This document shows, piece after piece, positions 46,044 through 55,388 of a stretch of 64,000 bases of DNA. Location: IMG/VR virus record IMGVR_UViG_3300037484_001420, positions 5,811 through 69,810 of that record; one strand, 5' to 3'. A model generated the notes under the pieces. It was given only the letters and a program-made list of their open reading frames with translations. It made no database searches and was not told the origin of the DNA. The translations under genes were made by a program, and so were the position numbers. Each line of letters starts with the position of its first letter. The stretch's first letter is position 1. This DNA comes from a virus (taxonomy: Duplodnaviria; Caudoviricetes).

Positions 46044-46533
46044 GGTAGCGTGCAAGATGTTTCTTGGCCCAAAACCAAAGCCAAGCGGCATCGACTCCGT
46101 TGTCGTCAACAGCCTGTTTCTGGCGAAAAATCTCCGGGTGCTCCCGGCGCATGGCGGCTTCCATCATCGGCTTGGTCGCGCCACCGTGGCCGGTCGCGAA
46201 CTTTTTCAACGTGCTTACCGGCACACACTCCAGTAATGAGTGTTTAAACGTCAACCAGACTGCGGTCCGGAAGGACGACCACAATTGCGTCTGTTTGGTG
46301 TAAGTCTGAAATTCTACGTCCTCGAAAATCACAACATCCGGGTTGCCCAGGCCGGAGAGGAAATCAGCGAACCGCACGATGCGCGGGTCCTGGCGCCGGG
46401 TCAGCCGTTCCTGGCCCCAGCGCGTCACCTCTTTATCCGTCGCAAAAGTTTTCGTAAACACCGTTAGCTCATTCCCCGATAAGTTATGCGCCACGCCACA
46501 ATTTGTGCCCAAATCAAGCCCGAGAATTTTCAT
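46015..46533 (-). CDS. RuvC-like Holliday junction resolvase
   Basis: MKILGLDLGTNCG, VIFED, VSTLKKFATGHGGATK, DDNGVDA. Confidence 0.85.
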   Translation of the reverse strand: MKILGLDLGTNCGVAHNLSGNELTVFTKTFATDKEVTRWGQERLTRRQDPRIVRFADFLSGLGNPDVVIFEDVEFQTYTKQTQLWSSFRTAVWLTFKHSLLECVPVSTLKKFATGHGGATKPMMEAAMRREHPEIFRQKQAVDDNGVDAAWLWFWAKKHLARYHAPSIPTSN

Positions 46534-47158
46534 CAAACAAGAGTCGCTCGGTCTTCCGGCAATCGCTACGCACTTTCTGGAGTGCGCGCGCGTGCGACGC
46601 CTGAATCGCGGCTCTGCTGACCCCGAGCAATCGGGCAATCTCATGAAAGCCCAAACAGCCGTAATAAGCAAGCGCAAAAATAACCTGCTCCCGTTCGGTG
46701 CAACATCGGCGTATCGACCGCAGAACAAACTGCGCTTCGTCATTCTGGGCGACGGTCTCCGAGCAATCCGCCACGTCTTCGTGCCCGGCGCCGGTGCTGT
46801 CCGCCCAGTCCGGCAGGTGCACTCGCTTCGAGTTTTTCAGCGTATCGAGCTGGCGAAAATGCCGGTTAACGTCCCCCCGCACGCCGATTTTAGCGAAGGT
46901 GAAAAAAGCTAAGCGGCTGGATGGGTCGTAGCGCTTCGCCTGCCTCAGGAGAGCCCGGTAGCAGACACTAATCAGTTCCCCGTCTTCGAATATATCGTGA
47001 CAAACGCGCCGGGCGTAGAGCACGGCCTGCCGCATGTTGTTCAACACAAGCGCTTCGAGGGCGCTTTCGTCGCCCGTGGCGCGAAACTTGACGGCAAGGT
47101 CACGCTCAGCAGCAGTTGTGATGGTCGCTTTCGGGAGGGTGTCAAATGGGCTAATCAT
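46514..47158 (-). CDS. Sigma70-family sigma factor
   Basis: 214 aa from ATG 47158; region 1.2/2 (ERDLA...ALEALVLNNMR..YAR, KRYDP..FFTFA) and region 4 (TEREQVIF..Y..EIARLLGVSRAAI..HARAL). Confidence 0.85.
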   Translation of the reverse strand: MISPFDTLPKATITTAAERDLAVKFRATGDESALEALVLNNMRQAVLYARRVCHDIFEDGELISVCYRALLRQAKRYDPSSRLAFFTFAKIGVRGDVNRHFRQLDTLKNSKRVHLPDWADSTGAGHEDVADCSETVAQNDEAQFVLRSIRRCCTEREQVIFALAYYGCLGFHEIARLLGVSRAAIQASHARALQKVRSDCRKTERLLFDENSRA

Positions 47159-49398
47159 TTCACGAAGGGGTTGTAAGCGCCAGCGTCTTGCACGGGGGAC
47201 GCGATGACGGTCCCGGCCATAAGCTGTTTCGGTCGCTCGAACCGCCACAATCGAATGTTGTTGGCCCCTGTGCTGAAGGTGCTCACCAGGAATTTGTCGC
47301 GGTGGACCTGCTCCAGGTTCGCGTTTAACTGGGTCTCTCGCATGGACCGCAGCATACCAGTGCCGGTGTCCAGGGTCCTGAGAAGCTGGAACACGTCAAC
47401 CTGCGCGCCCTCGTAATAGGCTGCGTCGGGATTCTCGTGAAACCAGTTTGTCAGAGCACGAATCAAAATCTCTTTGAACGGTGCCACGCGGCTGCTCTGA
47501 TGCGTTTCCGCAAGCAAGGTCGGCTCGTGCCAGTGCAGAAAACCGAAGCGATTCTCGGGGTCTCGCTCCACAAAATCCGGCGCGACGTAGTCCAGCAAAT
47601 AGCGCGCAAAGTGCGGCCGTTCTCTCAACAGCATTCGCTCAATTTCGCCCCGGTCCGGATACTTCAGTTTTTCCATCTTCTCAACGCAGCGAAAAAGCAT
47701 CACCTTGTCCAGGACGGCGGAGTCGAAGCTGCCGACCAGCCGAGTCGACCGATAGTCCAGATTGACCGTGATTCCGAGCCGCCCGATATACTCGACCATG
47801 CAGGACGGGATGTATTTCGCGCTGTATTCAAAGGCCTGATTGCTCACCAGCTTTTTCACCAGCCCGGTCAGCTTCTGCTCAGTCTCATACGAACAGACCG
47901 CCGAATCGTCATCGAGCACGAGGTAGGGATTCTCCAGAAACAGCGAGGTGAAATTGCCGCCCCCGATTAGCCAACTCGCCGCGTCCGCAAAGCCGCCCAC
48001 CAGCTTGCCGAAAAACTCCCGGTTCACCAGGGTTTTGCCGGTGCTCTTTCCTCCGGCAGAAATAATCGTGTGGCCCGGGCGGGGGTCCCAGTGAAAGAAG
48101 GAACTGTAAAGGTGACTGCCCCAGGCGAGCAGGCGCGCGAGTTGGGTCGGCTCCGGCGAGTAAAGCTCTTCCAGAACCGCGCTCATAAAGGGGAAGTCCC
48201 CCTGCGGGCCGAATTTCTGCGCCCCCGTCGCTGGCTCGATGGGCTTGCAACTGTAGATATTCAGCATCTTTTTTGTGCCCTGAATAATCAGGCCCGGGCG
48301 CCGCCCCGCAAACGGTGCAACCCGGTCAACGCGCTGGTGTTCTTTAAGAAAAGAAAGCGCCTCGTCCACCTGACTCGCTGCTTCGCCCTTTTTCTTCTCA
48401 CCGCTCAGCCTGCACTCGGTCTTCATGTAAACGGTCACCGCGCGCGGGCTGTAAGGGGTGTAGGTGTCGGAGGCGGCGTCTTTTTTCCAACACACGTCGC
48501 TGTTGTCCATGAACATTCCCACGGTCGCTTTTGCGATTCGCGAGTCTTTGTTGTCGCGGACAAAATCGCGGCCGAGCAAGTCGGGGTCACCCCAGGGCGT
48601 GAAGTCCCGCAGCGCATGAGCGGCGAACGAAAACATTCCGCCGGGTTTTACGATGGCCGACTTCGGAGAGGTGCTGCCTTCCACCCAGAACGACGGCCCC
48701 ATGGACTCCACCTCGAAGGGTCCCGGCCACTCGAATTTTGGGAACTTGGCTTTGAGCGCTTCGTAAACCTCTTCGAGCGGAATATTCTCCTCTTCCGGCG
48801 TCGCAGCGAACCGACCATACTTTTTTGCGCAGCGCACGAGAAAGCCTTGGGACGCCTCGACGTCCACCTTGCCGTAGGGCAGCTTTTCCCACACTCCGCC
48901 GTTGCAGTAGAGCCGTGAAAAACTCTCGAAGGCCGCTTTGTCCCACTCCGGGAGGCAGTCCAGGTTTAGCCACTTCTCCGCCTGAAGCAAAACGAACTCG
49001 CAGAACTTTCCATCTCCCCCGAACAGAAACGGTGATTCCAGTTCCCAGACAAGCCGCCAGTTCGAACCTAGCGATTGCTCTAACCAAGTCGGCTTGACCT
49101 GGAGCCGGTCAATGGCGCGCATCACTTGGTCTTTCGACATCTTTAAGTTATCGTAATCCGCGACAAACGCGTGCAGGTAGAACGGCGGGTTGTTATCGCT
49201 CGGCCTGCGGGTGTTTGCGAGCGGCTCAATGCCGGTGTAAAAGTAGTGCTTCGTTTCCGGTGTGGTATACCACTTCTGCCGGGCGTCTTTGCTGGAGCGA
49301 ACCTCCTTAGGAATGTCCGCCGTGATTACGAATTCCCAGGGCTGGATACCAAGAAACAATTTTGAGGTAGCAAGATTTTCAACATGGAAGAAAGGCAT
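47155..49398 (-). CDS. Primase-helicase (PrimPol-like N-terminus, DUF5906/SF3-like P-loop)
   Basis: AFVADYD and NWRLVW primase-like motifs; GGKSTGKT Walker A; VLDDD Walker B; adjacent to the polymerase. Confidence 0.8.
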   Translation of the reverse strand: MPFFHVENLATSKLFLGIQPWEFVITADIPKEVRSSKDARQKWYTTPETKHYFYTGIEPLANTRRPSDNNPPFYLHAFVADYDNLKMSKDQVMRAIDRLQVKPTWLEQSLGSNWRLVWELESPFLFGGDGKFCEFVLLQAEKWLNLDCLPEWDKAAFESFSRLYCNGGVWEKLPYGKVDVEASQGFLVRCAKKYGRFAATPEEENIPLEEVYEALKAKFPKFEWPGPFEVESMGPSFWVEGSTSPKSAIVKPGGMFSFAAHALRDFTPWGDPDLLGRDFVRDNKDSRIAKATVGMFMDNSDVCWKKDAASDTYTPYSPRAVTVYMKTECRLSGEKKKGEAASQVDEALSFLKEHQRVDRVAPFAGRRPGLIIQGTKKMLNIYSCKPIEPATGAQKFGPQGDFPFMSAVLEELYSPEPTQLARLLAWGSHLYSSFFHWDPRPGHTIISAGGKSTGKTLVNREFFGKLVGGFADAASWLIGGGNFTSLFLENPYLVLDDDSAVCSYETEQKLTGLVKKLVSNQAFEYSAKYIPSCMVEYIGRLGITVNLDYRSTRLVGSFDSAVLDKVMLFRCVEKMEKLKYPDRGEIERMLLRERPHFARYLLDYVAPDFVERDPENRFGFLHWHEPTLLAETHQSSRVAPFKEILIRALTNWFHENPDAAYYEGAQVDVFQLLRTLDTGTGMLRSMRETQLNANLEQVHRDKFLVSTFSTGANNIRLWRFERPKQLMAGTVIASPVQDAGAYNPFVK

Positions 49399-49405
49399 AG
49401 GCGGA

Positions 49406-51388
49406 TTACTTCTGGTAGTGGGCTACCTCTTGAGCTTCGGCGGCAATCGGGCAGCCGGGCAGCCAGTCGGGGCATTGAGACATGTGCTGTTCAATGTCGC
49501 GCGCGGTTACCGAGGGGTCAACCTCCATGATGGCCTCGTCGTGAGAGGTGAAAAGGCATCTAAGACCCGCATCGGTCATCTGAACGAGGTGCATCCCGAA
49601 CACGTCGCGCGCGACCGCCTGAGTGATATTCTCAGTGAGTTTCCCGCCATAGGTGGCCACCCGGCGCCCGCCTACGTCCACCGTCACTTCCGTTTTATTC
49701 ACCGGCTTGCCGGTTTTCTTGTCCTTCACCACGCGCGAGGAGAGCCGCACGTCATTATATTTCATCACCCGCCCGCTCGGCAGTCGCATTTTGAAATCGC
49801 TGCCGACAGACCCTTTCAGCGAGTTGTCGAGCAGCTTCCACATGCCGGTTATGTGCGGATTGTTCTCGCGAAAAGCCTTTACGACTTGTTTGCTGTGCGC
49901 CCCGTAACCGGGAACCGTCCGGATGGCGGTAGAGACCGGGTCCGGCTCCTGGACAAACTCCGGGTCCTCCTTGGTGATGTCCAAACCGCCTTGGGTCTTC
50001 GCGATGGTGATGAATTTTTCCCAACCCGCGCCGTAGCCAAGCCCGAGCAAATTAATTTTCACCATCTTGTAGTAGTCCGTTCGCTTTGTCTCTTTGGAGA
50101 AGGGCGCGCCGTCATATTTCATCTGAGACCGGGCGAAGGCTTCGTAAATCCCCATCCCATCCGCAATCATCTTCAGCAGTTTGTGATTGCCGCCGAGCCA
50201 CGCGAGGACACGCGGTTCAATCTGCGCAAGGTCGCAGATAATCATTTTCTTGCCGGGCCGGGGAACCACAAGCGCGCGAAAGTCCAGCGCGTGCTGCACC
50301 CACTCCGGCCACTTGCCGCAATCGTCGTGATGGTCGATGGCCTTATCAATTTTGATGTCGTCCATTTCCATCAAACCGAATTCGTTGCAGAAAATCGGTT
50401 TCCTGCGCATGTTCTGGAAGTTCACTTTCGCGTCTCCCGACCAGCGGCCCGTGTGTCCCCCGAAATATTTCAGCGCAAAGGGCACCGTGCCATCGGGCCG
50501 CAACCGGCGCCGCAGGGTTTGCAGCGTCGCGTAAAATTTGTTGATGGACCGCCATGCGCTCACGGCGGAAATCCAGGGATTCGTCGGACCGAACTGCGCT
50601 TCCCACGCCTCGTAACCTTCTTCGTCGTCACTCTTCGTCGGCGGGCACGGGATTCGAGTCCGACGGCATTGCTCAGCGATACATTTCGTGCTCGTGGGCT
50701 TGGTATTAAAATCATCCCACTCTTCGTCGCCCGACCCCGCAATCCAGGGGATGGCCTGCTCTGTTGTGGCCCGCATCTCGTGCGCCTGCACGATATAGTC
50801 GGACAATCTCTCCTGGTCTACTGCGACCCCATACATGCCCTGGTCGATTGTGAGATTGCTCAGCTTGCGTTCCCACTCCGGCCACTGAGCAGAAAAATCG
50901 TTCCATAGGCGCCAACACCAATGCGCGTCGACCCGGCCCGACTCCATGACCTGCTCCCGCTCTTCCGGCGTGTAGTCGTTGGGCCAGCTTTTGTTGTCGG
51001 CCACGGTGCGGTAGTCCTTCGAGATGGAGACCCCTTTGTATAGGTGTTGAACAGCGTCCTTCAGCGCCCTCCGATTGCAGAGGTAGCTGGTAAGATTCGC
51101 GGTGCAGTGCCAGTCGGCGCGCTCGATTTTCGGGGCGAGATTCCGGCGGACCAGCTCATTGTAAACGGTGTTGTCGAAATACCGGTTATGGCTCAACCAG
51201 ACTTGCCCCGCTAAAGCGTTCCAATTCAGGTCACGCGGATGACCCGCCCAGACATTCTTCCCATCGCACACTGACACGAGGTAGCAATCAAAGCGCTCAT
51301 GCTGCACATACTCCTCAGCAATCATCTGCTTCAGGCCGTATTTCAGCTTGGTGCTAAAGAACGTTTCGAAATCTATTGAGACGGGCAT
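49406..51388 (-). CDS. polA: DNA polymerase family A
   Basis: True start MPVSIDFET (ExoI); motif A DLAQIEPR, motif B KINLLGLGYG, motif C SHDE. Confidence 0.93.
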   Translation of the reverse strand: MPVSIDFETFFSTKLKYGLKQMIAEEYVQHERFDCYLVSVCDGKNVWAGHPRDLNWNALAGQVWLSHNRYFDNTVYNELVRRNLAPKIERADWHCTANLTSYLCNRRALKDAVQHLYKGVSISKDYRTVADNKSWPNDYTPEEREQVMESGRVDAHWCWRLWNDFSAQWPEWERKLSNLTIDQGMYGVAVDQERLSDYIVQAHEMRATTEQAIPWIAGSGDEEWDDFNTKPTSTKCIAEQCRRTRIPCPPTKSDDEEGYEAWEAQFGPTNPWISAVSAWRSINKFYATLQTLRRRLRPDGTVPFALKYFGGHTGRWSGDAKVNFQNMRRKPIFCNEFGLMEMDDIKIDKAIDHHDDCGKWPEWVQHALDFRALVVPRPGKKMIICDLAQIEPRVLAWLGGNHKLLKMIADGMGIYEAFARSQMKYDGAPFSKETKRTDYYKMVKINLLGLGYGAGWEKFITIAKTQGGLDITKEDPEFVQEPDPVSTAIRTVPGYGAHSKQVVKAFRENNPHITGMWKLLDNSLKGSVGSDFKMRLPSGRVMKYNDVRLSSRVVKDKKTGKPVNKTEVTVDVGGRRVATYGGKLTENITQAVARDVFGMHLVQMTDAGLRCLFTSHDEAIMEVDPSVTARDIEQHMSQCPDWLPGCPIAAEAQEVAHYQK

Positions 51389-51543
51389 AAGTCTAATTGG
51401 GCTTGCAACTGCTGAATTTTTTCTTCCAGGACGGCAACTCGTCGGTCGCACTCCTCCTCTAGCTGACACATTGGACACCGAGCGTCCAAAGTAAAAAAAG
51501 TCAGCTTGTGCGTTTCACAGCACGTTGAAAACGATTCAGGCAC
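51373..51543 (-). CDS. Small Zn-binding coiled-coil protein (not in ORF track)
   Basis: GTG start; (M)PESFSTCCETHKLTFFTLDARCPMCQLEEECDRRVAVLEEKIQQLQAQLDLCPSQ*, 56 aa, overlapping the polA start. Confidence 0.65.
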   Translation of the reverse strand: MPESFSTCCETHKLTFFTLDARCPMCQLEEECDRRVAVLEEKIQQLQAQLDLCPSQ

Positions 51544-51573
51544 GCCGCTACTCTATCACACGGCGTGCCTGAA
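51535..51573. promoter_or_regulatory. Perfect 13-bp inverted repeat covering a start codon
   Basis: TTCAGGCACGCCG-N13-CGGCGTGCCTGAA; the GTG at 51543 lies in the stem. Confidence 0.7.
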
Positions 51574-51584
51574 CGTCTGGCCTT

Positions 51585-51920
51585 TTACCGAGTTGCCTTC
51601 GCGGTGCACCCGGTTGTCTGGCGCTGGATTTTATTTTGGATAACCCGGCCCACCATGAGGTTGAATTCGTGCTGGACTCGGTCCATCAAGTTGCCCGTGG
51701 TGAAAACGTGCGCACCTACGTCAACGGGCTCATGTAATGTGGTCCGGGATTGCGCCCGAATCGCGCGCACAATAGACTCAACGTCGGCGCGCACCTCGTC
51801 CACAAACTCCTGACTCACGCGCGTGAATTTTCCGTTCCGGCAGACCTGGGAGCACTTCAAAGCGTGCTCCCGGATTGCGGCCTCGTTCAGGACCCGGAGG
51901 CTCATTAAGTCCTCGCTCAC
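51585..51920 (-). CDS. Hypothetical protein
   Basis: 111 aa from GTG 51920, overlapping the upstream TGA. Confidence 0.65.
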   Translation of the reverse strand: MSEDLMSLRVLNEAAIREHALKCSQVCRNGKFTRVSQEFVDEVRADVESIVRAIRAQSRTTLHEPVDVGAHVFTTGNLMDRVQHEFNLMVGRVIQNKIQRQTTGCTAKATR

Positions 51921-52537
51921 GCGGCACCCTCCATCTTCTGCCCGCAGGGGCAAGTCGGCATTCCAACGTCAATCCACTTCTGGGTGACCCGGACCGTGTA
52001 TCCACACTCGGGGCATTCCGCTTTGAGCAGCCGAGTGCCTGCCTTTGAAGTTTTCCCCTCTTCCAGCCGGTTCAGCGCGAAAATCGAATTGTCATACTTG
52101 ACCTTGGCGAGAAAATCGCTGGCGCCCTTGTCCAGGTCGGTGAGGCCCCAGCCGTAGCGCTTGTCCCGCTTCTCTGCGCATTTCAGCCCCAGGCGCTCCG
52201 CCATGGTTTTGAAGTGCTTGTTGTGGGCCTTCCCGGAGCAATCCTTGATGCCAAGGGTGTTGTTCTCCGCGTGCGCTAGCTCGTGAATCAGCACCTCGCC
52301 GGGATGGCACTTTCTCAACGTCTCGGCCGAGAGATTGATTTCGTTTTTCCCGTTCGACCACCGGCCCGCCCAGAACCAGCCGAGCGCCTCCGCGCGGCCC
52401 TTGGTCTGGATGGTGACTACGATAGACTCCGGCTTCGTCTTAAGCTCGAAGTGCGCGATTGCCTCTCGCAAAATCCGCTCGCACTCTGCAATCACGGGCG
52501 CGAGGGATACCACTGATTTATTTACTTTTTGACTCAT
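51917..52537 (-). CDS. SprT-like metalloprotease with C-terminal Zn ribbon
   Basis: VLIHELAH, HNKHFK..AERLGL, CPECGY..R...CPCG. Confidence 0.85.
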   Translation of the reverse strand: MSQKVNKSVVSLAPVIAECERILREAIAHFELKTKPESIVVTIQTKGRAEALGWFWAGRWSNGKNEINLSAETLRKCHPGEVLIHELAHAENNTLGIKDCSGKAHNKHFKTMAERLGLKCAEKRDKRYGWGLTDLDKGASDFLAKVKYDNSIFALNRLEEGKTSKAGTRLLKAECPECGYTVRVTQKWIDVGMPTCPCGQKMEGAA

Positions 52538-52570
52538 AAATGAAGCATGACTTGATGTATTGGGAAAAAA

Positions 52571-52762
52571 CTAAACCGCCTCCATCTGCGCGCGCTCCGG
52601 GGTGTTGACAATCCAATTCTCCGCTACAACCGCGTCAAACTGAAGAGACCAATACTCCTGCGCCTCGGCTCGGTTGTTGGAGAGGGACCCATCGGCGCAC
52701 AAATACATGCGACCAAAAGGAGAGGGACGGTAGATGTAAACTCGACGCATATTTTCGTTCAT
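52571..52762 (-). CDS. Small hypothetical protein
   Basis: 63 aa, 6 nt downstream of a promoter -10. Confidence 0.65.
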   Translation of the reverse strand: MNENMRRVYIYRPSPFGRMYLCADGSLSNNRAEAQEYWSLQFDAVVAENWIVNTPERAQMEAV

Positions 52763-52768
52763 GCCGAC

Positions 52769-52797
52769 AAGATACGCGATGGCGGTTTAAACGTCAA
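52769..52797 (-). promoter_or_regulatory. Promoter TTGACG-N17-TATCTT
   Basis: Near-consensus; GTTTAAAC abuts the -35. Confidence 0.75.
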
Positions 52798-52825
52798 CAT
52801 CAAAAATCACTTTTTAGTTTCACTA

Positions 52826-52860
52826 ATAAAAAGGGGCGGTCAAGTTAATGACCGCCCCTT
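52826..52860 (-). terminator. Rho-independent terminator
   Basis: 12-bp stem AAGGGGCGGTCA/TGACCGCCCCTT running into a U-tract on the - strand. Confidence 0.85.
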
Positions 52861-52876
52861 GCACCATCTGTCCAGG

Positions 52877-53728
52877 TTAAGCCTCAGATTCCGGCTGCGT
52901 CTTCGCAGTCAGGACGTCCAGGCAAAATGCGTCCATCGCGGGCGTGTTCGCCTTCGCGGGCAGCAGGATGGGAATCCAGGCCTTATTGCCGTTCGGGTAG
53001 GTTTCCTCGCGGGTGCTCATGGCCCAAGACCAGTGAAACCAATCCTTCTTCAGGCAGCCGGTTTTGCGCGCCGGGAAAAGCACTCGCTTACCGGCCGCAG
53101 TGTAGGTGACGCCTCGAAGAGCCCAGAATGCCAGGGTGTAGCAATTCCCTTCCACCTCGTAAACGAAAGTGGGGTCTTCTCCGCCATCGGCGGGCTTGCA
53201 ACTCTCAGGGCGCTGAATCAACACCAGGGCATCCGCGAGAACCTCGAAGCGCTTCATACCGGAAGCTTTCTTCAGGTTCCACTCGGCCCACTCCAGGGTG
53301 CCGCCAGCAGCGCGGACTTCCTGCTCGGTCTTACAAATCAGACCGCGCGCGCCACCTGCCACCTTTTCGACGTAGCGGTTCTCTTTGAACCCGAGAATGG
53401 TGACAATTACCGGCGGAGTAGCCGGGCGTTCCACAATCCCAGTCTTAGCGTTTAACGACTGCGGGACGAAAAGCTCCACGCTCTGCGCGTAGACCAGTGA
53501 GCCCGGCTCATAGGAGTCCTTAAGGTCCCCGATGTTCTGCACGATATTCAGCCTCGGCAAAATGATGTCGCCAAAGCTCGGCAGGTAATCACCGACCAGC
53601 CGGTTCTGCGCTGGCGGTGCGTAAGTCTGCGCTACGGCAGGCACCTGGGACTCAGGGGTCGCAGGCGTGGCAGGTGCCGCCTCTGCGGCTACCGGCTGTT
53701 GGTTTGCTCCAAAAACTACTTCACTCAT
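52877..53728 (-). CDS. Putative ssDNA-binding/recombination protein
   Basis: 283 aa; DIILPRLNIVQ motif, disordered N-terminus, acidic tail; next to the Cas4-like nuclease; own terminator. Confidence 0.6.
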   Translation of the reverse strand: MSEVVFGANQQPVAAEAAPATPATPESQVPAVAQTYAPPAQNRLVGDYLPSFGDIILPRLNIVQNIGDLKDSYEPGSLVYAQSVELFVPQSLNAKTGIVERPATPPVIVTILGFKENRYVEKVAGGARGLICKTEQEVRAAGGTLEWAEWNLKKASGMKRFEVLADALVLIQRPESCKPADGGEDPTFVYEVEGNCYTLAFWALRGVTYTAAGKRVLFPARKTGCLKKDWFHWSWAMSTREETYPNGNKAWIPILLPAKANTPAMDAFCLDVLTAKTQPESEA

Positions 53729-53733
53729 ATGTA

Positions 53734-54951
53734 TTAACTGTTTTCTTGTTTCTTGTTAGTGATGGGCATTAAGAAGCTATAGCTTGGCTTCCTGGCAACC
53801 GCACCAGCGGCTTCCAGTGCTTCATCAAATTCTTTCACGCGGGCGGTCTTCTGGCCGCGCGGGGCACTCTCGGTTATCACGTCTTCGAGCGGGCCAAAAC
53901 TCGCGTTTAAACACGTCTGGTATTGCTCCGGCGTCATGTAGCGCAGCGCGACGTCTCGGAACTTCTGCTGGTCCGCGATTTCTCTTCGACCTTGCCGTGT
54001 CTCCAGCTTGTAGCCTTCGAGCATGTCCGCGTCGCCGCGCATAATCCGGTCGGTAATCCAGCGCTTGCTGCTATCGCACCAAATCTTCAACACCTGCGCC
54101 ATTCGCAGGAGAGCGCTCATGTTTTTGGGGTCCTGCACAAAGGCCGGGTCTGTGTCGCTCGGAAACTCCAGCGGCATGAATTTCGCGGACACCCGGCACG
54201 CCAGGGCACAGACCTTTTTGCAGCGGCCCAAGTCGCCGCAGAAATTGCACACGGGCACATACGGAGCCGCCATGCTCCAATCGTCTTTTTCCGCGCGCGT
54301 CCGACCTTCCCGGGCTTGGTTTACGATGACTTGAATTCGGAGATAAAGCGCGGGCACATCGGCACGAGCAAAAGTGTAGTCCGAGACGTGGTCAAGGTGC
54401 GGCTGCTTAAAGAAGAATCGGACTCGTTCAAGCTCAGGAAACCGTCGAAAGAGTCCAATGACATAGGCGATTCCCTGGACGTTGTTTTTGGCGGTCTCGA
54501 CAATCCACATTCCGAATTTCCAGTCGAAGAGTTCTGCATAAGTTTTGCTCCAGTTAATCAGCGCGTGGTCCGTGTATCCGGCAGTGGTGTGCTCCATCCC
54601 GTCCGGAAAAATCAGGTCGTCAACGGCAAGGTGGATTTCCTTTAGCTCAGTGACCTGGAACACGTCGTTGTGCCCGGCCTGCTTCGCGGCCTTTCGCGCC
54701 TCTTCTGCTTCGGCTTCCATAATCTGGCGCCTCTGGTCTACGAAGTCGACGCACTCCGCTGCCGCTATCGCGTCTTCGTCGGAGAGCAACGGGTCGTCTT
54801 CGCCCGTGTCAACCACATTGTGGCCCCGGGTGCCTGCCACCGTTCGGGCGTGCAGTTGTTTCGTGACACGCGGAGTGAAACAGGGGCAGGCCTCCCGGTA
54901 TTGCAGCGTCGACGGCGAAAACGGATGATGCGGTCTTTCTTCAGTGGTCAT
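53734..54951 (-). CDS. Cas4-like PD-(D/E)xK nuclease (DUF2800-like)
   Basis: FSPSTL..REACP, GTRGH, GYTD...FDWKFG, NNVQGIAY, CNFC....C. Confidence 0.82.
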   Translation of the reverse strand: MTTEERPHHPFSPSTLQYREACPCFTPRVTKQLHARTVAGTRGHNVVDTGEDDPLLSDEDAIAAAECVDFVDQRRQIMEAEAEEARKAAKQAGHNDVFQVTELKEIHLAVDDLIFPDGMEHTTAGYTDHALINWSKTYAELFDWKFGMWIVETAKNNVQGIAYVIGLFRRFPELERVRFFFKQPHLDHVSDYTFARADVPALYLRIQVIVNQAREGRTRAEKDDWSMAAPYVPVCNFCGDLGRCKKVCALACRVSAKFMPLEFPSDTDPAFVQDPKNMSALLRMAQVLKIWCDSSKRWITDRIMRGDADMLEGYKLETRQGRREIADQQKFRDVALRYMTPEQYQTCLNASFGPLEDVITESAPRGQKTARVKEFDEALEAAGAVARKPSYSFLMPITNKKQENS

Positions 54952-55177
54952 GCAATGTGTTTTTGTAAAGCCTCATGTGAGCGGCAACTTTTGCAAGGGC
55001 GCGGCATTCTGTTTCGTAAACTGTCTGCTTCGAGAGCCCCAGTTCCTCCGCGCATTCCGCCAGGGACACCAGCGGCGGACCTAAGGCACTGGCTAGCGCC
55101 CGGCCCGTTTCCATATCACGGCGAAAATCCTCGGTGTCCCGAGTCCGGACCTTATTGGCGACGCAAGGGCGGCTCAT
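54941..55177 (-). CDS. Stand-alone sigma region-4-like HTH protein
   Basis: SLAECAEELGLSKQTVYETECRALAKV; start uncertain. Confidence 0.65.
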   Translation of the reverse strand: MSRPCVANKVRTRDTEDFRRDMETGRALASALGPPLVSLAECAEELGLSKQTVYETECRALAKVAAHMRLYKNTLHDH

Positions 55178-55359
55178 ATCCGTGCCTTATGCGCTGCTTG
55201 AACGGCTGCCCAGGCGGTCCGAGCTTTCGACTCTTTCCGTCCTGCTCTGCGCTTCGCAACGCGAGAGAGGAACGGCGTCTGTATCTTCTCGCCAGTCTCC
55301 TGGTAAAACTGATTTGCTTCGTCTCTTTCTGACATCTTCGATTCTGATTTATACCACAT
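55174..55359 (-). CDS. Small basic hypothetical protein
   Basis: 61 aa; the stop overlaps the next start. Confidence 0.5.
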   Translation of the reverse strand: MWYKSESKMSERDEANQFYQETGEKIQTPFLSRVAKRRAGRKESKARTAWAAVQAAHKARI

Positions 55360-55388
55360 ATATTTTTCTTTTGTCTGGTTTTTTAAAT

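Noticed and set aside
49262-50908. 548-aa + strand ORF
   Set aside because: It is the antisense shadow of polA in high-GC DNA, with no motifs. The same applies to 19161-20549, 27602-28825, 13393-14361 and most other opposite-strand ORFs in the track.
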